Assembly: GCA_964443245.1 (NCBI GenBank)
Contig: CAYUEG010000001.1
Location: forward strand, 34,526 to 98,525
Reading direction: 5' to 3'
DNA: 64,000 nucleotides
Source: an uncultured Burkholderiales bacterium
GTDB lineage: Bacteria; Pseudomonadota; Gammaproteobacteria; Burkholderiales; JAEUOS01
The notes under the pieces were generated by a model. The model did not search any database and was not told the origin of the DNA. It saw nothing but the letters and a program-made list of their open reading frames with translations. Positions 27,067 to 34,800 of the stretch are shown here, piece by piece; position 1 is the stretch's first letter, and every line of letters begins with the position of its first letter. The position numbers and the translations under genes were made by a program.

Positions 27067-27369
27067 GGCGGTACCTTGGAGAAATCAAAGAGGGCGCAAG
27101 TTTACCGCAGTGCCCCCTCAACAATCGGACAGGCAGCTGGCTTTTGTCGGATGGTCTCGGGTTTCGAACCCGGAAGGCACATGTGTCCGGCAGGGTAGAT
27201 TCCCCTCCGCCAACCGGCCGGGCGGCCGACTCCGTTAAACTGCTGCCCTTGCCGTTGTTTATGCAGCACTCTTTCACTCGCACGACTTCGATTCTTTCCG
27301 CCACCCACTGAGTGCGCGGCAAGTACGGGACTGCATGGCGGAGTTGCCAGGCCCCACCATTTCGCTGCC

Positions 27370-28980
27370 ATGTCAGTCGCCACTGAAGTTGCCCGCCGCC
27401 GCACGTTTGCCATCATCTCCCATCCGGATGCCGGCAAAACCACATTGACAGAAAAGTTGCTGCTGTTTGGCGGCGCGATCTTCATCGCCGGCAGCGTAAA
27501 GGCGCGCAAGGCATCGCGCCATGCCACCTCCGACTGGATGGAGATCGAAAAGCAGCGCGGCATCTCGGTCGCTTCGTCGGTCATGCAGATTGAATACCGG
27601 GATTGCGTCATCAATCTGCTCGATACACCCGGCCACCAGGACTTCTCCGAAGACACCTATCGCGTGCTCACAGCCGTCGACGCCGCCTTGATGGTAATTG
27701 ATGCCGCCAACGGCGTCGAGGCACAGACCCTGCGCCTGATCGAGGTGTGCCGCGCGCGCAACACGCCGATCCTCACCTTCATCAACAAGATGGACCGCGA
27801 GGTCAAGGAACCGCTCGAACTGGTCGACGAAATCGAGAAGGTGCTGGGCATGCCCGCCTCCCCCTTCACCTGGCCGATCGGCATGGGCAAACGCTTTGGC
27901 GGCGTATTCGATCTCAAGCGGGATCGCATGCGTGTGTTCACCGCAGGCGAAGACCGCGTCGGGGATGACGACGGCGTGATCGAAGGCATCAACAATCCCG
28001 AGATCGCTGCACGCTACGGCGATGCCTTCGAGCAGGCCAAAAACGAGATCGAACTCATCACCGGCGCCTCGCCCGAGTTCGACCGCGAAGCGTTCGTTGC
28101 CGGCAAGCAGACGCCAGTGTTCTTCGGCTCGGCGATCAACAACTTCGGCGTGCGCGAAGTGCTCGACGCTCTGGTGGACCTCGCACCCGCGCCGATTGCG
28201 CGCACCGCGATTCAACGCAAGGTAGAGCCGACCGAGCCCAAATTCACCGGTGTGGTCTTCAAGATCCAGGCCAACATGGACCCGGCGCATCGTGACCGCA
28301 TTGCGTTTGTACGGATGTGTTCCGGCCGCTTCGAGCGCGGCATGAAACTGAAGATCTGCCGCACCGGCAAGGACATCCGGACCAATACGGTGGTCTCGTT
28401 CCTCTCGCAACGCCGTGAACTGGTGGAAGATGCCTATGCCGGAGACATCATCGGCATTCCCAACCATGGGCTATTGCAACTGGGCGATACGCTCACCGAG
28501 GGGGAGTTGCTGCAGTACACCGGCTTGCCATTCTTTGCCCCTGAATTGTTCCAGACGGTCGAGATGGTCGATCCGATGAAGAGCAAGCAGTTGCGCCAGG
28601 GGCTGGAGCAGCTGGGAGAAGAAGGCGCCATTCAGGTGTTTCGTCCGCTGGGTGGCGGCATGCTGTTGCTGGGCGCTGTTGGCACGCTGCAGTTCGAAGT
28701 CGTTGCGCATCGCCTGCAGCACGAATACGGTGCGGCGGCACGCATGGCGCCTTCCCGGTACCAGTTGGCGCGCTGGGTCACTGCGGATGATCCTGCCGAG
28801 CTCAAGCGCTTCATCGACGCGAATGCGCATCGCATTGCCTACGACGCTGTGGATGCCCCTACTTTGCTCGCCGCGCACCATACCGAGCTGAGGGCGGTCG
28901 AAGGCATGTGGGACAAGATCCACTTTCATGCCCTGCGTGAGCACGCCGGGCTGGTGTTCCAGAAACGCATTGACGGCTAA
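27370..28980 (+). CDS. prfC: Peptide chain release factor 3
   Basis: RRRTFAIISHPDAGKTTLTEKLL...DTPGHQDF GTPase motifs over the full 536 aa. Confidence 0.95.
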   Translation: MSVATEVARRRTFAIISHPDAGKTTLTEKLLLFGGAIFIAGSVKARKASRHATSDWMEIEKQRGISVASSVMQIEYRDCVINLLDTPGHQDFSEDTYRVLTAVDAALMVIDAANGVEAQTLRLIEVCRARNTPILTFINKMDREVKEPLELVDEIEKVLGMPASPFTWPIGMGKRFGGVFDLKRDRMRVFTAGEDRVGDDDGVIEGINNPEIAARYGDAFEQAKNEIELITGASPEFDREAFVAGKQTPVFFGSAINNFGVREVLDALVDLAPAPIARTAIQRKVEPTEPKFTGVVFKIQANMDPAHRDRIAFVRMCSGRFERGMKLKICRTGKDIRTNTVVSFLSQRRELVEDAYAGDIIGIPNHGLLQLGDTLTEGELLQYTGLPFFAPELFQTVEMVDPMKSKQLRQGLEQLGEEGAIQVFRPLGGGMLLLGAVGTLQFEVVAHRLQHEYGAAARMAPSRYQLARWVTADDPAELKRFIDANAHRIAYDAVDAPTLLAAHHTELRAVEGMWDKIHFHALREHAGLVFQKRIDG

Positions 28981-29055
28981 CCTCTCAACTTCAACCGCCG
29001 CGGAAAGAGCCTCCCTTAGACAGCAGAGACGAAGCCATACGCGATTGCGACAGAC

Positions 29056-29088
29056 GAAAAAAAGCCGGGCAATCTGCCCGGCTTTTTC
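29056..29088. terminator. Bidirectional rho-independent terminator (prfC and the convergent small gene)
   Basis: aaaaaaa-GCCGGGC-aatct-GCCCGGC-ttttt: a perfect 7-bp GC stem flanked by an A-run and a T-run. Confidence 0.8.
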
Positions 29089-29101
29089 ATGAAGGCCGAG
29101 A

Positions 29102-29455
29102 TTACTTCTTGGCGTCGGCTTTCGGTGCTTCGTCTTTCTTGGCTTCTGCTTTCGGTGCGTCTTTCTTCGCGTCCTTCTTAGCAGCCGCTTTCTCTTCTTT
29201 GGCTTTCTTGGCCGCAGCAGCCTTCTCTTCCTTGGCTTTCTTGGCGGCAGCAGCTTTCTCAGCCTTTTCCTTCTTCATTGCTTCAGCTTTGGCTTTTTTC
29301 TCTTCGGCCTTGGCATCGGCTTTCGGCGCGTCTTTCTTCGCTTCGGCTTTCGGGGCGTCAGCCTTGGGGGCATCGGCTTTTTTGTCTTGAGCGATGGCGG
29401 TGGTGCCAACAACGGCGAAGACGCCAGCGATCAGTACGGACAGGAGCTTGTTCAT
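29102..29455 (-). CDS. Small secreted Lys/Ala/Glu-rich low-complexity repeat protein (117 aa)
   Basis: Signal peptide MNKLLSVLIAGVFAVVGTTAIA|QD, followed by KADAP/KAEAKK/AAAAKKAKEEK repeats to the C-terminus. AAGGGA lies 6 nt upstream of ATG 29455. The 212-aa ORF-track version is an upstream extension. Confidence 0.65.
   Translation of the reverse strand: MNKLLSVLIAGVFAVVGTTAIAQDKKADAPKADAPKAEAKKDAPKADAKAEEKKAKAEAMKKEKAEKAAAAKKAKEEKAAAAKKAKEEKAAAKKDAKKDAPKAEAKKDEAPKADAKK
29159..29257 (-). repeat. Tandem ~33-nt coding repeat (AAAAKKAKEEK units) inside the small secreted gene
   Basis: The + strand shows gccgcagcagccttctcttccttggctttcttg repeated with minor variation. In frame, so a coding repeat. 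Confidence 0.7.
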
Positions 29456-29489
29456 GGTCATTCCCTTTAATGTGTTTGAAGATACTGCA

Positions 29490-29505
29490 TCAATTTGCAA
29501 ATTGA
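29490..29505. promoter_or_regulatory. Perfect 16-bp palindrome (candidate operator) upstream of the small secreted gene
   Basis: TCAATTTGCAAATTGA is its own reverse complement. It lies 35-50 nt upstream of ATG 29455 in an AT-rich stretch. Confidence 0.4.
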
Positions 29506-29651
29506 CCTCCTCGGTCATGTCAATTAACGCCGCCCGTGCTGGACGCGTTGACAGATTTTTTTCTTTTACTAAACAAACGGTTACACGAATTGGTCGGGGT
29601 TCGCACGAAATCCGGGTGCCCGAGCCGCAGAACGCACGAAGCCCTCGCAGG

Positions 29652-31895
29652 CTACCTCGTCGCCGTGGCAAGCCCGGGAGAGCGGATTTGTGCACCCCGC
29701 ACTTCAAATACGGCCTCATCCAGAACCTCGCCCGACGCACTCACCAGTCGCAGGCGATGCGTCCCGGGCATTGGAAACAATGAAACCGGGCGAGCGGAAT
29801 GGCCCACTGTCTTGCCATTGAGCTCCCAGATGCCGGCACTTTTTGTCGTGGCGCGCAGTTGCAGACGCTGATTGGCGGGAGGAATGTCCGGGTCCAGCGC
29901 AATCACTGAGCCGGGAACCGGCGCAACAATGCGAGCCTGGGCATTACCGGCCGGGCCCAACGCAGCGGAGCGAATCACCTCTCGTTCGGAGCCCGCGACG
30001 AACACCTCCCGACGCGCAGGCTCGATCGCCGGCTCATAGCGGATCTCCTGGGTGACCACGCCTGCGGGAATCGCCGGCGGCTCGCTGCGAATCCTTTTGT
30101 GCAGGTGGAGCATCACGTCCCGCCAGACCGGTGCCGCGCCCGATACGCCCGATACATCATGCATCGGGCTGCCGCTGGCGTTGCCGACCCACACACCCAC
30201 TGTATAGCGGCTCGAGTAGCCGATGGTCCAGTTGTCACGCATGTCCTTGCTGGTGCCGGTTTTCACCGCCGTCCAGAACGGCGTATCGAGCGCATTGCCC
30301 ATGCCGAATGCCACGCCGCGCGCCGCCTGATCGGCAAGAATGTCGCTCACCACATGGCTGGCTGCGGCCGACATCACACGGCGCGGCGCTCCCGCATGAC
30401 CTTGTCGCGTCAAGACGGGCGCCGACCATTGGCCGCCATTGGCCAGCACGCGATATGCGTTGGTGAGTGATAACAGGGTCACATCCGCACTCCCCAGCGC
30501 GAGACTGAAGCCGTAGTAATCACCGGACTCCTTGACACTCTCGAGACCCACAGCGCGCAGACGCTCGGTGAAGCGATCGGTCCCCACCATCACGAGCGTG
30601 CGCACGGCGGGAATGTTGAGCGAGCCGGCCAGGCTGGCGCGCACCGACACCGGGCCACGAAACGTCGCGGCGTAATTGCGCGGGATGTACAGGCCGTTAT
30701 CGGTTTTGAGCTGCACCGGCGAGTCATCCAGAATCGACGCGGCGGTCAGGCGCTGCTCTTCAATCGCCAGCGCATACAAGAACGGCTTCAGGGTCGAGCC
30801 GGCCTGGCGCAATGCCACGGCACCATCGACCGCCGCCGCCTGCGAAAGATCACCGCTTGAGCCGACGTAGGCGAGCACTTCACCGCTGGTGTTGTCGAGC
30901 ACCACGACGGCACCGTCTTCCACATTGCGGCCGGCCAGTTCCCCCAGGCGGGTACGCAGGGCGCGGCGTGCGACGGCCTGCACCGTCGCATCGAGCGAGC
31001 TGGGCACACGCTCGCCGGCACGGGTGAGGAGCTTGCGTGCAGCGTGCGGTGCCGCGTCGGTCGACGGAAAGCGCTCGTAGCCACGCGCCAGAATGCTCTT
31101 CACCTCGCCGGGCAACCCGTCGCACGAAGCGGCTGACGCGGGCCGCTTGCCGCCCATGCTGTCTTGCTGGGTCAGGAGCCAGCAGGCACGATCCGCGACG
31201 CGTTTGGCGTCCGCATTCGGCGCACGAATCAGCGTGGCGGCGATCGCCGCTTCGCGGCGGTCCAGCCCGTGCGGCGCCTTGCCGAACAATCCGTAGGACA
31301 TCGCCGATACGCCCTGCAGCTCCCCCCGAAACGCCACGAGATTAAGGTAGGCCTCGAGGATTTCACTTTTCTTCCAGGTCTTCTCGAGCGTCAGGGCGGC
31401 GCGCGCCTGCTGCACCTTTTGCGCAAAGCTGCGCCCCCCCTCGGCGCGTTTCAGCTCCGGGTCAATCAAGCCGGCAAGCTGCATGGTGAGCGTGCTCGCA
31501 CCGCGCATGTTGCGGTTGGCCACGTTGCCCACCGCTGCGTTCATGGCAGCAATCCAGTCCACGCCTTCGTGCTCGAAAAAGCGCTGATCTTCGGAGGCGA
31601 GCAACGCATCCTTGAGGGCTGGAGAGATGTCAGCCACCGCTGTCCATTCGAAGCGGCGCACGGTGTTGTCAAGGCGCACGCGCTGGAGCTCGCGGCCATT
31701 GCGGTCCAGCAGCCACGATTCAGACGAGCGCCATTCCTGTCTGACCTGCTTATAGGAGGGCAGATCCGCTGCAAGTGCTGCGCCTGAGAACAGCATCACG
31801 CCGAAAGCGGCTCCCACCAAGGCTTTCAGGCCGACATGCCGTGCAGAGGTCCGATTCATGGGCTTCTTCGGGCGAGTGACGTGCGGAATTCTCAT
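29652..31895 (-). CDS. pbpC: Penicillin-binding protein 1C
   Basis: Glycosyltransferase motif ASEDQRFFEHEGVD and transpeptidase motif AGSTLKP. ATG at 31895 overlaps the stop of the alpha-2-macroglobulin gene (ATGA). Confidence 0.85.
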   Translation of the reverse strand: MRIPHVTRPKKPMNRTSARHVGLKALVGAAFGVMLFSGAALAADLPSYKQVRQEWRSSESWLLDRNGRELQRVRLDNTVRRFEWTAVADISPALKDALLASEDQRFFEHEGVDWIAAMNAAVGNVANRNMRGASTLTMQLAGLIDPELKRAEGGRSFAQKVQQARAALTLEKTWKKSEILEAYLNLVAFRGELQGVSAMSYGLFGKAPHGLDRREAAIAATLIRAPNADAKRVADRACWLLTQQDSMGGKRPASAASCDGLPGEVKSILARGYERFPSTDAAPHAARKLLTRAGERVPSSLDATVQAVARRALRTRLGELAGRNVEDGAVVVLDNTSGEVLAYVGSSGDLSQAAAVDGAVALRQAGSTLKPFLYALAIEEQRLTAASILDDSPVQLKTDNGLYIPRNYAATFRGPVSVRASLAGSLNIPAVRTLVMVGTDRFTERLRAVGLESVKESGDYYGFSLALGSADVTLLSLTNAYRVLANGGQWSAPVLTRQGHAGAPRRVMSAAASHVVSDILADQAARGVAFGMGNALDTPFWTAVKTGTSKDMRDNWTIGYSSRYTVGVWVGNASGSPMHDVSGVSGAAPVWRDVMLHLHKRIRSEPPAIPAGVVTQEIRYEPAIEPARREVFVAGSEREVIRSAALGPAGNAQARIVAPVPGSVIALDPDIPPANQRLQLRATTKSAGIWELNGKTVGHSARPVSLFPMPGTHRLRLVSASGEVLDEAVFEVRGAQIRSPGLATATR

Positions 31896-34800
31896 GGCAG
31901 CACCTTCATCCTGGCGTTCGGCGTCACCCCAAACATCTCGGGGGCGTACATCGCTTCCACGCGGGTCGGCGGCAGCGAGAACTCGCCATCCTGGTTGAGG
32001 CGCATGGTGTACTCGACCATCCACTTGCCCTTGGGCGCGTATTCGTAATACGACCGGAACGCTTCAAAGCTGCGCTCTTCATAGGCAGGCCAGGCGTCAC
32101 CTGCCTTGCGCTCACCCTGCTGGGCGACTGCCGAATCGCGCGCAAATCCGGCACCCAGAATCGTGGCCCCGGCGGGAATCGGATCCGCGACTACAACCCA
32201 AGTCATGTCGGCCGATGAATCGACCTCAAGCTTGACGCGCAACACATCGCCACGCGTGAATGCCCCTTTGGTCTTTTGCTCGACAAAACTCACGCTCTTG
32301 TTGATGCGATAGCCGGCCGCAAAGGGCGCCTTGAGCGGGATCGCCGCGAGGCTCTGGATCGTGAGCCACGGCTTGCCTGCCCCTTCATGCGTGACCTTGA
32401 GGCTGCCCTCGGCGGTGTTGTTGGCGCGCGGCCACGGCAGGTTGAGCAACCCTCCCGCCGGCTGGCTGGCCCAAGCGAGGGACTGATTGGCCCGGGCTTC
32501 GCCCTTTTCTTCGGTGACGGCACGGGTGGTACCGGCAACGCGTTCGCTCTCGAACTTGGCCGCAAACTTGTCGAGCGCGAGACTACCCCACAGGTTGGCG
32601 GTGGTCGTCGCCCACGCACCCTTTTGCTGGCGCATCACCAGGCCGCTCACCAGGCGCGGCATGTCATCGCGCCACGACGGGCGATCCACCACGGCGGCAA
32701 TCAGTCGCGCGGCATTCACATCGCCTCCCACCATCAGCCACCACCAGTAGTCATCACGCTCGGTCGAGAACACCAGCTTGGTACCCTGCATCGAGAGGCG
32801 GGCGCGCAAAATTTGTTCGGCATTCGCCATGTGGTCATCGCGCTTCGGAATGCCGGGCACGCGTTGCAGGATTTGCAACCAGTCGATCACCGCATGGGTC
32901 GGCCAGAGATTGGGCTGGATGGTGAGTGACTCGGTCAGCTTGGGCGTGGCCTTGCCGGTGCGCGACAAGGCTTCAATGGCAGCGAGCTTGCGCGCATCAA
33001 GATCCTTGGTGGGCGACCAGAAATTGCGCTGGATGCGCCCTTCGACAAATGCCACCAGTGCGCCTTCCATACGCTGCCGTGCATTGTCGGGAATTGCGAA
33101 GCCAGCCTCGTGCGTCACCGCCAGCAGATACGCGGTCAAGGTGTCGCTGCCACGCCCCCCCGGGAAATAGGCTGCCAGACCGTCGTCATCCAGGTAGTTG
33201 GGCATGGCATTGGCCACCGGCTCCCACAGCGCCTTATCGCGCAGGCCGATTGACTTGGAGGTCTTTTGCTCCAGGCAGATGAACGGGTACTGCTCGAAGT
33301 AGCGGCGCACGCCGTCGAGCGAGCCCGACAGTTTCGGTTGCAGTGCCACGCGCAGGCCGCCGCGCAGCACGTCACCATCCTTGATCGCATCGGTCGGAGC
33401 CGCCACCTGCAACGCGAAAAGTTTGTCGAGTTGCAGCAACGTGGCCTGTTGCACCGTCACGGGAACAGCCGGCACCACTTTTTGTGCGGCCTTCATGGCG
33501 TCCCGTGCAGGTTTACCCGAGGCCTTTTCGATGGCTTCGATGGTCCAGGCGAGACCTGTGGCGTTGGCGGGGACCGTCACCGGCCAGAACACCTCTTGCG
33601 CGGCACCCGCGGGTACGCTGACTTCCTGTGCTGGTGGTGCGGCATCCAGCCCCTCAACCTTGGCGTTGACCATCACGCGCATCGGCCGCGTGGTGGTATT
33701 GCGCACGGTGACGCCGGCACGGAACTGGTCACCTTCGCGCACCAGCGGCGGCAGGCCGGGCAAGAGCTGCAGGTCTTTGGTGGCGCGCACGGTGACATCG
33801 CCGGTACCGAACAGACCGGGCTCGCCATCGGCCACCGCGACAATGCGGAAGCTGGTCAGTGCATCGTTGAGCGGTACATCAATGAGAGCTTCGCCTTTCT
33901 CATCCAGGCGCACATCGGGCTTCCACACCAGGAGGGTGTCGAACAGTTCACGTGTCGGGGCACGCCCGCCACCGCCGCCGGGCGCCACGGCCTTCTTGCC
34001 AAAGTGGCGCCGGCCGATCACCTGCATCTGCGCGGTCGCCGTATCGACAAAGTAGCTGCGCCGCTTGACCATGGCTTCAAGAATGTTCCAGCTACCGTTG
34101 GGCATGAGTTCCAACAGGGCCTGATCAACTGCAGCCAATGCGACTTCCGTGCCTTTGGGGGCTGGCTTGCCATCCGGCCCTTTGACACTGACCTTCACCT
34201 TGACTGTTTCGCGCGTCTGGTACACCGGCTTGTCGGCCGCTACGCTGACCTTGAGCTCATAAGCAGCCGTGCCCACCTGCACTTCGGCGATGCCGAACTT
34301 GAACGCCGGTTTGGCCAGGTCGACCAGCGCAGTCGGCTGGCCCTTGTTGTAAAGGTCGCTCCAATCTTTGCGCTCGTTCCACCAGTCGAGCGGCGAACGC
34401 CAACCCCATTGCAGGAAGGAATACCACGGCACATCGCGCACCCGGCCGCGCACCGCCAGCACCGAGATGAATGCATTGGGTGCGTAGCCAGCCTTGATCG
34501 GTACGCTGATGACCGGGTCCTTGCCGGATACCGGCACCACCAGCGTTTCGATCACGCCTTCCCGCTCGATGGCCACCCAGGCGGTGGCACTACGGAACGG
34601 CATGCGCACCTGAAATTTGGCGGTGTCGCCCGGGGCATAACGCTTCTTCTCGGGCAGTACATCCATGCGGTCGGCGTTCTCGCCGCCAAACCACCACTCA
34701 CTGCCCGACACCCAGATCGACGTCGATGCGCGCGACAAATTGCCGCCGGCATCTTCCGCTTGCGCGGTCAGGGTGACATTGCCGGATTCGGCCAGCGTGG

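Noticed and set aside
27157-27172. tRNA T-loop-like motif GGGTTCGAAACCC in the ribBA leader
   Set aside because: No acceptor stem, D-arm or anticodon arm can be built around it on either strand, so it is not a tRNA or tRNA fragment.
27102-27656. 184-aa minus-strand ORF spanning the ribBA-prfC intergenic region and the prfC 5' end
   Set aside because: It overlaps the prfC start in antisense and has no family resemblance. The region is better explained as divergent promoter and leader sequence.
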